From Heterodontus francisci (lineage: Eukaryota), in NCBI RefSeq assembly GCF_036365525.1, contig NC_090390.1:86146252-86210251 (forward strand): a stretch of 64,000 bases of DNA, in the 5' to 3' direction. Numbering within the stretch: position 1 is the stretch's first letter; each line of letters starts with the position of its first letter. Positions 39,113 to 51,900 of the stretch are shown piece after piece. The notes under the pieces were generated by a model. It was not told where the DNA came from. It saw only the letters and a program-made list of their open reading frames with translations, and ran no database searches. A program made the position numbers and the translations under genes.

Positions 39113-39844
39113 TTATGTGGCCTTGGGCGTAAGCCAGAGATTACTACCATTGAGATCCTGCTTGCTATCTCTTTCCTAACTCCCTAAACCCAGCCTGCAG
39201 GACCTCATCCCTTTTTCTACCTGTCTCATTGGGACCAATGTGCACTATGATCTCTGGCTGTGCACCCTCGCCCTTCAGACTGCTCTGTAGCCACTCGGTG
39301 ATATTCATGACCCTTGCACCAGGGAGGCAACATACCATTCTGCAACCACAGAAATGTCTTGTCTGTTTCCCCTAACTGTGGAATCCCCTACCACTATTGC
39401 TCTCCTGTCTTTTCTCCTCTCTCTGCACAGCTGAGTCACCGATGGTGGTAGGGTTGTGGAATCCCCAGATGGCAAAGGATGTGCGTTCGACAGGTGTGAG
39501 CAGCCCTGCCATGCATTGAATTATTTCTTTACTGCACTACAATTGCAAACCAGCTTCTTCCACTGCACCGAACTAAGAACCAACTGCTGGAGGGCTTAAA
39601 AAAAAGTGCCTTCTCCCTGCTCACCAAACACGTATCTCCACACGCTGCGTGCAATCTGTATGTTTTTTGCAGGCTCCACCTGACCACTCTATTTATACTT
39701 TTTGAACGTAAAACTGCAGCAACTAGATTGGATGGAAGGGATTGTCGACAGTGCTATCACGTTTGGGTTCCACTAAGGCCATTCAGCTCTTATCTGCATT
39801 ACAACCTTGATCCAAACATGGACAAAAGAGCTGCTCTCAAAACG

Positions 39845-42800
39845 TCAGGAACAAAAAAAAGAGGGAATCACACTGCTGAGAGTGTACTATAGACCTTTGA
39901 ACAGTCAGAGGAAGATAGAAGAGCAGGTAGGCAGGCAAATCTCTGAGAAGTGCAAGAACAATAGGGCAGCAATAGTAGGGGATTTTAATATTAACTGGGA
40001 TAGTTTTAGTTTGAACGGAATTGAGGGAGCAGAATTCTTGCGGTGCTTTCAGGAGAACCTTTTTACCCAGTATGTAGCAAGTCCAACAAGAGTGGGCACA
40101 GTTTTAGACTTAGTTTAAGAAATGAAGATGGGCAGGTGGAAGAAGTGGCAGTGGGAGAGCATTTTGGTGGTAGTGATCATAATCAGTCAGTTTTAACATA
40201 ATTATGGAAAAGGACAGAGATAGAACAGGAGTTAGTGTTCTCAATTGGGGCAAGGGCAATTTTACTAAACTGAGGAGTGGTTTAGCGAAAGTGGACTGGA
40301 AACGGCTACTTGAAGGTAAATCAGTGTCAGAGCAGTAGGAGGCATTCAAAGGGGAGATTCAAGGGGTCCAGAGTAAACATGTTCCCATAAAGAAAAAGGG
40401 TGCGTTGGCCAAATCTAGAGCCCCATGGATGTCAAGGAACTTACAGGGTAAGATAAGGCAGAAAAGGAAAGCAGACTGGAACGACAGAGGTGGAGGGGCG
40501 ACATGATAGACATTTACAAAGTTATGAGCAGCATGGACAGAGTGGATAGTCAGAAGCTTTTTCCCAGGGTGGAAGAGTCAGTTACTAGGGGACAGAGGTT
40601 TAAGGTGAGAGGGGCAAAGTTTCAAGGGGATGTGCGAGGCAAGTTCTTTTCACAGAGGGTGGAGAGTGCCTGGAACTTGCTGCCGGGGGAGGTGGTGGAA
40701 GCAGGTACGATAGCGACGTTTAAGAGGCATCTTGACAAATACATGAATAGGATGGGAATAGAGGGATACGGTCCCCGGAAGTGCAGAAGGTTTTAGTTTA
40801 GGCAGGCATCAAGATCGGCGCAGGCTTGGAGGGCCAAATGGTCTGTTCCTGTGCTGTACTGTTCTTTGTTCTTTTTGTTCTTCGTTCTTATGTCCGACAC
40901 CGAGAACTCAATACGACAGAAAGCTGAGAGGAGTATAGAAAGTGGAGGGGTGAAATCAAAAAGGAAATTAGGAAAGCAAAGAAAGGGCACGAAAGAATAT
41001 TGGCAAGCAAAATCAAGGTGAACCCAAAGATGTTTTATCAATACATTAAGAGTAAGAGGATAACTAAGGAGATAGTAGGGCCCATAAAAGTAACCTGTGT
41101 GTAGGCATGGAAGATACTGGTATAGTTCTTAATGAATACTTTGCTTCTTTATTTATTTAGAGATACAGCACTAAAACAGGCCCTTCGAGTCTGTGCCGAC
41201 CAAAAACCACCCATTTATACTAACCCTACAGTAATCCCATATTCCCTACCACCACTAGGGCCAATGCAAGTCTTTGGCTGTGGGAGAAAACCGGAGCACC
41301 CGGCGAAAACCCACACAGTCACAGGGATAACTTGCAAACTCCGCACAGGCAGTACCCAGAATTGAACCCAGGTCCCTGGAGCTGTGAGGCTGCTGTGCTA
41401 ACCACTGCACCACTATGCCACCTGTGTTCACAAAAGATGGGAATGATGCAGATATTGTAGTTAGGGAGGAAGAGTGTGAAGTATTGGATGTGATAAACAG
41501 AGGGTGAGAGGAAGTATTAATGGGATTAGCATCCTTGAAAGTTGATAAATTACCAGGGCCAGATGAAATGTATCCTACGTTGTTAAAAGAAGCAAGAGGG
41601 GAAGTAGCAGAGGGTCTGACCATCATTTTCCAGTCCTCATTAGATACAGGTGTGGTGCCGGAGGATTGGAGAACTGCTAACATTGGACCTCTTTAAAAAG
41701 GGAGCGAAGGATAGACCGAATAATTACAGGCCAGTCAGTCTAACCTCAATAGTGGGGAAATTATTGGAATCTATTCTGAGACAGGATAAAGTGTCACTTA
41801 GAAAGACACAGGTTAAATCAAGGATAGTTAGCATGGAAAGATCTTGTTTGACCAACTTGATCAAATTTTTGGAAAAGTAACAAGGTAGATAAGGGTAGTG
41901 CAGCTGATGTGGTCTACATGGATTTTTAGCAAGGTCCCACATGGCAGACTGGTTAAAAAAATAAAATCCTATGGGATTCAGGGAAATGCAGCAAGGTGGA
42001 TTGGCTCTGTGGCAGGAAACAAAGGGTAATTGTTGATGGCTGTGTTAGCAACTGGAGGGCAGTTTCCAGTGGCGTTTCACAGGGCTCAGTACTGGGTCCC
42101 CTGCTTTTTGTGGTGTATATTAACGATTTGGACGTAAATGTAGGGGGCATCATCAAGAAGTCTGCGGACGACACAAAGATTGGCTGTAGGCTGCAGGAAG
42201 ATATTGGTCTGGTCAGATGGGCAGAAAAGTGACAAATGGAATTCAATTTGGCGAAGTGTGAGGTGATGCATTTGGGGAGGTCAAACAAGACAAAAGAATA
42301 CACAATTAATGGGAAAATACTGAGAAGTGTAGAGGAAGTGAGGGACCTTGGAGTGAATGTCCACAGATCCCTGAAGGTAGCAGGACAGATCAATAGGATG
42401 GTTAACAAGACATGTGGAATCCTTTCCTTTATTCGCTGAGGTATAGAATATAAGAGCAGGGAGGTTATGCTGGAACTGCAAACTCATTGGTTAGGCCACA
42501 ACTTGGAGTACTATGTGCCGTTCTGGTCATCTCATTACAGAAAGGATGTAATTGCACTAGAGAGGGTACAGAGGAGATTTACGAGGATGTTGCCAGAACT
42601 GGAAAAATGCAGCTATGAGGAAAGATTGGATAGGCTGGGGTTGTTCACTTGGAACAGAAAAGGCTGAGGGGAGATCTGATTGCAATGTACAAAATTTTGA
42701 GGGGCCTGGATAGAGTGCAGGTGAAGGGTCCATTCACCTTAGCAGAGAGGTTAGTGACAAGGGGGCATAGATTTAAAGTGATTGGTAGGGAGATGAGGAA

Positions 42801-43027
42801 AAGTTTTTTTACCCAGAGGGTGGTGATGGTCTGGAACTCACTGCCTGAAAGGGTAGTTGAGGCAGAGACCCTCAACTCATTCAAAAGGAGTCCAGATATG
42901 CACAAATGCTTGTAAGCTGTAGGGCTATGGAAGGTGGGATTAGAATAGATGGATCATTTTTTGGCCAGCACAGACACAATGGGCCAAGTGGCCTCTTTCT
43001 GTGCCTTAAACCTTCTATTATTCTATG
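39845..43027 (+). mobile_element. Decayed CR1 ORF2 with a nested CR1 3' end (~40478-40880) and an HE1 SINE (41147-41420, -)
   Basis: VYYRP, GDFN, NYRPVSLTS, QGSVLGP and WNSLP motifs. Tail ttctattattctatg. Confidence 0.8.
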
Positions 43028-43439
43028 AAACTGTCATGAAAGCATTCTACAAATTCATCTTTTAGACCACTGTTGCCAATTTGAGTGCCCCAGTCAATAT
43101 GCAGATTAAAGACCCCCACAATTATTTTTTTACATGCTCCGATAGCTTCCCATTTTATGTTCTGTCCAGTTAGGGGACCTGTAAATTACTCCCACCAGTG
43201 TTTTCTGACTCCTGCTATTCCTAATTTCCACCCAAACTGATTCTACTTCATGATCTTCTGAGTCCAGATCCCTTCTTATTAATGTCCTTATGTCATCCTT
43301 TACTATCTGGGCTACTCCTCCTCCTTTGCCATTCTGTCTGTCTCTCTGAAATATTGTGTACCCTGGAATATTCAGCATGTGTTGGGTTCCAGTCAGTCAG
43401 GTCGGGCTTCCGGGTCCAGCATTCGGACTTGGATCGGGT

Positions 43440-44660
43440 TTCCTTTGCACACCTCTACTTTGATGTTCTGCATTTTAGCTTGGAGCCTAACTCCTCAAAT
43501 TCTCTAAACAGAACATCATTTCTGGATCTACCAATGCTGTTGGTTACCACATGGACCACGACAACTGGATCCTCCCCCTCCCACTCCAGGTTCCTCTCCA
43601 GCTGCAAGATGTTCTTAGCCCTGGCACCGGGCAGGCAACACAGCTGTCTGAGCTCCCAGTCCCAGCTACAGAGAACAGTATCGATCCTAAAGGCCTGCTC
43701 AGGTCGGGAAAAAGAATCCAACCGATCCACAGCGGACCCGAGCCCAACCCGGCCCGAGCCCCTCCAATTTCACCCCGAGATCGACCCGACCTGAGCCCGA
43801 ACCCACTTGGCCCGACCATCCCTTGACTTACCTTCCGACTGGGAAGCTCCATGAAGTTGCAGCGCATGTGTCATGACGTCATAGTTTTTAAATTTTTAAT
43901 ACTTACCAGCAGAGCACTTACCGTGTGTGTCCGGCCCGACCCGACCCAGACTCGGCCCAACCCGACCTGAGGCCTTTAATCTATCCCCCTGACTATACTG
44001 TCTCCTATCACTACCACATTCCTCTTCACTCCCCCTACTGGAATGATGTTTTTCACCATGATGCCATGGTCAGTCTGCTCATCCATCTTGCAGTCCTTCT
44101 CTTCATCCACACAGGTAGCAAGAACCTTATACCTTTTGGACAATGTCAGGGGCTGAGGCTCCTCCATCACTACATGCTGATTCCCCCTACCTGCCTTACT
44201 CACAGTCACACCCTCCTGTCCCTGATCATTGGCCATCTCTAATGGCCTCCCTGCTCTAAGGGGTGTGACTGCCTCCTAGAACAAAGTGTAACTCTCCCCC
44301 TCCCTGATGCTCCTCAATGTCTGCAACTCAGTCTCCAGTTTAGCAATTCTGAGCTGAAGTCGTGCAAGCTGCAGACACTTACTGCAGACATAGTTGTCCG
44401 GCACTGCAGTGCATTTCACAGCTTCGCACATGCTGCAGTTGCAGCACACCACCCGCCCTGGCATCTCTGTACAACCTTATTTGTTTAATTAGTCAATTAG
44501 TTAATAATTCAAGCTGAAGTAATGGAATGTTGCACTCACCTACCTTGAAGTCAAAGAAGACTCACCAGCTGCTGGAGGCTGGAAAAGATAGGAAAATGAG
44601 CCCCTCTTTCTCCCTCTATGCCGAATTCCCATGTGCACCAAATTCACTCTGGCAAATGTC
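43440..44660 (-). mobile_element. CR1 5' region/ORF1 (zinc finger plus esterase) remnant
   Basis: CCNCSM..CSKC, VVIGDSIVRGID and CLPGA motifs. Confidence 0.75.
43688..43978. mobile_element. hAT-type MITE inserted in CR1 ORF1
   Basis: TIR TAAAGGCCT/AGGCCTTTA. 8-bp TSD atcgatcc/atctatcc. Confidence 0.8.
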
Positions 44661-45036
44661 TCACTCAGGCAACGATCTGGGACTGGGAGTTCTGTACAGA
44701 CTGGGAGTTGTGAATAGGCTCAACCCACACACTCCCACCCCCAGTAACAGCTGTTAAGTAGTAGAATGTATAAATGTTGAGATTAGGCAAGCATGCAGCA
44801 AAAGCAGAGTGGTTTTAATGGGGGATTTTAACATTCATGTAGATTGGAATAAGCATACTAATTCCTGTCAGAAAGGCAGTGAATTTCTTAAATGTGTTTA
44901 GGATATTTTTCTGAAACAATGAGAGCAGGTCATATTAGATTTAATAATGAGTAATGAACCAGATTTAGTTAACATGCTAACAGTGCATGAATATTTATCT
45001 AATAGCAATTGCAATATGATAGGGTTTAGTATAGCA

Positions 45037-45902
45037 TGTTACCAACAGGTGAGAAAGGTGCTTAGGGTTCCCTTTCAGCCTTCACCTGGTCTTACTGTAA
45101 CTGGATTTAATTTTAAACACACTGTGTTTTGAGCTCCCCCTTGGTGAATCCTTGTTCACCGCTTTCCAATTATAAGGCAAAGAAATGAGCATAAACAGGC
45201 TTTCTTGGGTATAAAGAAGAAAAATGAAATTTATTAAAACTTAAACTCTAATTCAATTAACGCCTATAGATACAAGCCCCACCCCACGCTAGCATGCACA
45301 CGTGATACACACATGCAAATAGAGACAGAAAAGAGCAGAAGAAAAATAAAGTGGAGATGGTTGAGGCAATATCAGAAGAATTTCTTGTTACTGTGCTTCG
45401 AGCTCACTGTAGTCCTTTTGTAGGTAATTCTAGCTTTTCGTTGGGGCGCAGTATTCTTCTTAAACCTTGTTCACTGCAGGAGACTTTTCTCTCTTGGGGT
45501 TCCTTTGCCTTCAATGACTTCCAAAGCTGGTGAGAAAGAGATGAGCAGACAGGAGAGGCTGCGGTGAGCCAGCCACGAGAGGTGTTTTCAGTCCAGGAGC
45601 AAATGGCTTTCTGTCTGATCAAAACTCTATGGCAAGTTCAAATTCCTGCAACAGCCAGTTAGTCATGTGACTAACCTGGTCTGACCACGTTCGTTCTGTG
45701 TATTGGGAGCGGCAGCGGTGGTGGGGGGGAAGCTCCTTTGTTCCAACACTGTCTGATAGTATGCAAAAAATGTCTTTCCAGCTAGGGGCCTAGCAATTCC
45801 TTGTGATAGGCCCTCTTTTCTTCCCAGCAACAATTTTAAGTTTAATGTCAGTTTGGCGAAATTAATGTGCCCCATTTTTGGTGGGTGGGGACCTGCATGA
45901 CA
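45037..45902. mobile_element. Probable solo LTR
   Basis: TGTTA...TGACA ends. Degenerate 4-bp TSD agca/aaca. Interrupts a CR1 fragment that resumes afterwards. Composition is similar to the LTR at 26687-27584. Confidence 0.65.
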
Positions 45903-45987
45903 AACATTTGAAAGGGGTAATGTGAAACAGCTACTAAGATTCTAGATTTAGGTAAGGCTGACCTCAATGGGATGGAGACTGACCACA

Positions 45988-46580
45988 GTTTTTTTTATTC
46001 GTTCATGGGATGTGGGCGTCACTGGTTAGGACAGCATTTATTGTCCCCCCCAATTGTCCTTGAGAAAGTGGTGGTGAGATGCCTTCTTGAACTGCTGCAG
46101 TCGATGTGGGGTAGGTGCACCCACAGTGTTAGGAAGGGAGGTCCAGGATTTTGACCGAGCCACAGTGACGGAACGGCGATATAGTTGCAAGTCAGGATGG
46201 CGCATGGCTTGGAGAGGAACTTGCAGGTGGTGGTGGACCCATGCATTTGCTGCCCTTGTCCTTCTAGATGGTAGAGGTCACGAGTTTGTAAGGTACTGTC
46301 TAAGGAGCCTTCATGCGTTGCTGCAGTGCATCTTGTAGATGGTACACACTGCTGCTGCGCGTCAGTTTGTGGATGGGGTGCCAATCAAGCGGACTGCTTT
46401 GTCCTGGATAGTGTCGAGCTTTTTGAGTTTTGTTAGAACTGCACCCATCCAAGCAATTGGAGAGTATTCCATCATACTCCTGACTTGTGCTTTGCAGATG
46501 GTGGACAGGCTTTGGGGAATCAGGAGGTGAGTTACTCGCTGCAGGATTCCTAGCCTTTGACCTGCTCTTGTAGGCATGGT
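45988..46580 (-). mobile_element. Family-B LINE 3' fragment
   Basis: Homologous to 35871-36430. Confidence 0.75.
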
Positions 46581-48789
46581 ATAAGGGCCAGCATTCCATT
46601 AGTCTCTTTATCTAAAGGACTAGAATAGAAGGGAGTAGAAGTTAGGTTACAGTTCTACAAAAGCCCTGGTTGGACCACACCTGGAGCACTGTGAACAGTT
46701 CTGGGCATCACACCTTAGGAAAGATGTATTGGCCTTGGAAAGGATGCAATGTAAATGATACCTGGACTCCAAATTAGGAATGATTACATAAAATAGTGTT
46801 GTATTCCCTGGAATTTAGAAGGTTGAGGGGTGATTTGTTGAAAGTTTAAGATACTGAGGGGAACAGATAAGGTAGAGAGAAACTATTTCTGCTGGTTAGG
46901 GAATCGAGAACTCGGGGTATTATCTAAAAGTAGGAGCCAGGCCTTTCAGCAGTGAAGTTGGGAAACACTTCCACATGCAAAGAATGGTAAACTTGCAATT
47001 CTTCCGTAACTGGCAACTGATGTGAGTCAATTGTGAATTTTTATTAACCAAAAGATCTCATAGCAGAACAGCCTCAACATGCTAAATGGCCTACTGCTTG
47101 TTCCTAGCCCTTGATATCTTTAACCTGCAGTAAACTACCGATCTCAGTCTTGAAAGCTCCAATTGTTCCACAGCTTTTTGGGAGAGAGTTCCACATTTCC
47201 TCTCACTTGAAGAAAAGGCCTAGCTCTAATTTTAAGGTTATGTCCCCTCATTTATATTACCCCACCAGAGAAAATCATTTTTCTGTATCTACTCTATCAA
47301 ATCCTTTCAACATTTTGAACACCTCAGTTAACTCGAACCTTGATCTTCTATACTCAAGGTAATACAGGGATTGAGTCTGGAATATATGGCTTGTGACCTG
47401 CTGCAGCAACTCTTCCTCTTCCCTCACACAGATTCCATGAAACCAGCTGCCGACACAATACTGTCTGACTTACCCCTCCCAACAAAAAGAGATGATGGCC
47501 GTGCAGTTTTTGATCAGAAGTCTCTCCTGCAGTCCCAGATCACCTTTCCTTAGACAGTCTCTGTCACGTCTTACATTCCAGGGTTATGTAGGCAGTCATT
47601 TGTGCTTGTGTCGCCTTCAGTTCTTGTTTGGTTTGGTTTCTGATTCTTACCTGACTGCAAATTATGTGCACAAACCCATCAGGAATGTCCCAACATCAGG
47701 CAAAAAAAAATTGGATCTTTGTGATAACTTAAGAGGCCAGTGTTGCACTTGTTCATTAACCAATGGATAATATCACCGGCCTCACAATGTTTAAGCCCAT
47801 TTCTGTCTAAGGTGGATCTGTCAATTTCAGGGTGATCACAGACTGATAGAGGGGGATTATTTATATAGCCCCTTAAACATGAGTTCAAATCCTGTCACAG
47901 AGAATTTGAATTCAGCCTAAAAAAAAAATCAAGCGAGCATGAATCAGACGGATTGTCATTATAAACCCAACTACGTCACCAAGTCCTTTAGGGCTGGAAA
48001 CCTGCCGTCCTTACCTGGTTTGCCCGATATGACATGGGAATGGAGATTCAGCCTGGCTCAGTCCAGGAGATGGTGTAGCAGAGTAAACAGAGGGAAAGCA
48101 AAGATCTGATATTATTTATTGCATTATGTGACATGTCAGTAAACCGATAACATCACACCCACGTCCAGCTATCTGGAGAACTGTACAAAACTACATCAAC
48201 ACACAGGCTTAGCTTGCAGTTACTCCGGGACTCACTCAATGTGGCCTGACTTTATTAAGCATATACAAACACACAGGTACACTGAGTCACAAATAAATGT
48301 GGGTTTAGTTATTGAATCGTGCTAAAAAAGGATTATTTTCTGTGTCCATCTACAGATCTGGAAAGAATTAAATAAAATTCTGGGGAAGTCTGCCCATTAG
48401 AGGGAAACATGATTCACTCCCTTTGACCACCCTTCTGTATTTTTGCCTTCTCCTGACGCACTGACTCCCACTGGTACAGGGTCATTCAGGTGATGGGTTA
48501 CCCCCTCACCCCATGCCTCACCAAGTCTGGATAGCAGCTGTTGGCAGGGTGTTCGATTGCGAAGCTGAGCCTGATGCTGCCTTTGATCCATGCACGCACA
48601 TTCCATTTGGTGAGGGGGGGGCGGGTTGCCTAATGATTTCTAACCTGACCGGCAGCGAACCTGGATAAAATCAGCCAACTCCAGCATAGACCCTGGGGTA
48701 GACACTTACTGGAATTGCAGTTATGCACCCACCAAAAAAAGATCTCACACACCTTCCAAATGTTTGCCTGTCAAGCGACCCACATTCGC

Positions 48790-49590
48790 TTATCCACTTT
48801 GGTAGGAAAAACAGAAATACAGTGTATTTCTTAAATGGAGAGAGGCTGGGAAGTGTTGAATTCAAAGGGACCTGGGTGTCCTGGTTCATGAGTCACAAAG
48901 CTAGCATGCAGGTACAGCAAGCAATTAGGAAGGGAAATGGTACGTTGGTCTTCATTACAAGAGGATTTGAGTTTAGGAGTAAAGATATCTTACTGCAATT
49001 ATATACAGCCTTGATTGGACTACACTTGGCGTATTGTGTGCAGTTTTGGTCTCCTTACCTAAGGAAATATAGACATGCCATAGAGAGAATGCAACGAAGG
49101 TTCAGCAAATTAATTCCTGGGGTAGAGGGATTGTCCTGTGAGGAAAGATTAAATAGACTGGACCTTTATTCTCTGGGGTTTAGAAGAATGAGATGTGATC
49201 TCATTCAAACATACACAGTTCTTACAGGGTTCGACAGGGTTGATGCAGGAAGGATGTTTCCCCTGGCTGGGGAGTCTGGAACCAGGGGACACAGTCTCAG
49301 AATAAGGAGCAGGCCATTTAGGACTGAGAAGAGGAGGAATTTCTTCATTCAGAGGGTGGTGAATCTTTGGAATTCTCTGCCCCAGAGGGCTTTGGAGGCT
49401 CAGTCGTTGAGTATGTTCAAGACTGAGATCGATAGATTTCTACATATTAAAAACATCAAGGGATACGGGGATAGTGCAGGAAAATGGTGTTGAAGTAAAA
49501 GATCGGTCATAATCTCATTGAATGGCGGAGCAGGCTCAAAGGGCTGAATGACCTACTCCTGCTCCTATTTCTTATGGTCTTATGTTCTCG
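48790..49590 (+). mobile_element. CR1 3' fragment
   Basis: HFGRKN, YCVQFWSP and WNSLPQ motifs in ORF 48723-49493, followed by the CR1 3' UTR. Confidence 0.82.
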
Positions 49591-49622
49591 TTAAATATTC
49601 AATGTGAAAGATTTATTAATAT

Positions 49623-50772
49623 AAAAGCAAAATACTGTGGATGCTGGAAATCTGAAATAAAAACAGGAACTGCTGGAAATACTCAGCAGGTTTGGCAGCA
49701 TCTATGGAGAGAGAAGCAAAGTTAACGTTTCAGGTCTGTGACCTTTTATCAGAACTGGCAAAGGTTAGTAATTTAATAGGTTTTAAGCAAGTGAAACAGG
49801 GACGGGGTGGGGTAGGGGGGTACCAGAACAAAAGGGAAGGTATGTGATAGGCAGAGGGCAGGAGAGATTAACTGATGAGGAGGTCATGGGGCAAAGGCAA
49901 GGAGAGTGTGCTAATGGTGTGGTGAAAGACAAAGTATTAGTGCAGAGAGTGTTAATGACAGAATAATGAACAGCTTTAGCCGAAAGCACAAACATGAAAA
50001 ACTAAGTTTAAGGCAGGCACATGGTAAAAAACTGATAAACCAAAATAAAATAAAATAATAATAAAAAAGGGCCCGTCATGCTCTGAAATTATTGAACTAA
50101 ATGTTCAGTCCGGCAGGAAAATGAGGTGCTGTTCCTCGAGCTTGCGTTGACGTTCACTGGAACACTGCAGCAAGCCCAGGATAGAGATGTGAGCATGAGA
50201 GCAGGGTGTTGAATCGAAATGGCAAGCGACAGGAAGCAAAGGGGTCACCCAATCTGTGTTTGGTTTCCCCAATGTAGAGGTGACCACATTGTGAGTAGAG
50301 AATACAGTATACTAAATTGAAAAATGTACTAGTAAATCGCTGCTTTACCTGGAAGGAGTGCTTGGGGCCTCGGATAGTGACGACAGAGGAGGTAAAAGGC
50401 CAGGTATTACACCTCCTGCGATTTCAGGGGAAGGTGCCGTGTGAAGGGGACGAGGTGGTGGGGGTAATGGAGGAGCGGACCAGGGTATTGCGGAGGGAAC
50501 GATCCCTTCGGAATGCTGACAGGGGAAGGGAGGATGCGTTTGGTGGTGGCATCACACTGGAGGTGGCAGAAAGTGAGGACAAGGGGAACCATGTATCGCT
50601 TCTGGGAGGGAGGGGAAAGGGTGAGGGCAGAAGTGCGGGAAATGGGTCGGACACGGTTGAGGGCCCTGTCAACCACAGTGGGGGGAATCCTCGGTTCGGG
50701 AAAAAGGAAGACATGTCAGAAGCGCTGTTGTGGAAGGTTGCATCATCAGAGCAGATGTGTCGGAGACGGAGA
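49623..50772 (-). mobile_element. Decayed Penelope (Neptune-type) element
   Basis: Homologous to 25430-26470. FLRLRHICSDD and RKLEEQHLIF motifs. Degenerate hammerhead near 49720-49757. Confidence 0.82.
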
Positions 50773-51015
50773 AAAGATTTATTTCTGTCCACAAGGTGGC
50801 AACAAATCTCTTGTTTCAGCTTCGACTGACGAGCAGCCGTTCTGGGTAAAGTTGATCTGCATTAATGCAGCTCTCCCCACTCAGCCCCATGGCGATAAGG
50901 AACACTGGGGGGGGGGGGGGGGGGTTCATTTAATACAGCTACTTCTTAAAATGAGCCTCAGTATTGATGGGGTTCATATACTTTAACAGTGTTTAAGATG
51001 ATTAAAGAAGTTTAC

Positions 51016-51060
<45 letters not shown>

Positions 51061-51083
51061 CAGAGAGAGAGAGACAGAGAGAG
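51016..51083. repeat. (AG)n microsatellite
   Basis: Seen directly. Confidence 0.95.
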
Positions 51084-51579
51084 AAACTGCATTCTCTATT
51101 GGGGAGTCCAGAGCCAGGCCGTTCAGGGGTGATGTCAGGAAGCACTTCTTCACATAAAGGGGAATGGAAATCTGGAACTCTCTCCCTAAAAAGCTGTTTG
51201 AGACTGGGGGTCATTTGGACTTTTCAAAATTGAGATTGCTAGATCTTTGTTGGGTAAGTGTTCAAGGCTATGGAACCAAGGCAGCTAAATGGAGTTAAGA
51301 TAGATTAGCCACTGTCTAATTGAATGGAGAACAAGTGTGTGTGTGCATGAGATAGTGGGTTCTGGTTGGCTCCTTGGGAGGTGGGGGTGAGCCCAATTGT
51401 TCAGTTACTACGGGCTGGAATTTGTGCTGGAGATGGGGGTCCTGGCACCGGACCGAAAAGGCTGGGGGGGGGGGGGGGGCGCCTCCGCCTTTCCCTCCCC
51501 CGCCCCCGGAGCGATCCTCTTGTTATTTTCTATCAACGTTTTAGAAGGCACGATCCCCGTCCCTTTAAATACTTTATAG

Positions 51580-51900
51580 CAGGGGTGTCCAACCTTTTCG
51601 CATGGGGGGCCATATTACAATTTTTGTCTTACATAGGGGGCTGGTGAGACAATTTCGGAAAAATAAAGGCGATAAAAATTTATCTTACTATTAATCAAAA
51701 CAACAAATGTGCATTTTTGTGAAGAAGCTTTAAATAAGATTAATGTATTGACTTACTTTCTCGTCATTATGTTGGACACTGATTTAGTGAGATACCTGGA
51801 ATTTTTTGCTTGAACAAGGAGTCAATGTTTGCCCACACACTTGTAGCAATTCCAGATAGATGTCATTCTGTCAGGAGTGATCTTGATCGCTCTCTCCCTC
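51580..51900 (-). mobile_element. hAT Charlie/Buster-type transposon end with transposase C-terminal remnant
   Basis: TIR CAGGGGTGTCCAAC at 51580. Minus strand encodes ...IATSV.ANIDSL...KKFQVSH*. Confidence 0.6.

Larger units (their letters stand above)
32503..39700 (-). mobile_element. Decayed near-full-length CR1 LINE hosting SINE and LINE insertions
   Basis: Minus-strand ORF1 esterase remnants (~39120-39420), EN (~34900-35540), RT (~32900-33740) and 3' tail at ~32503. Confidence 0.8.
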
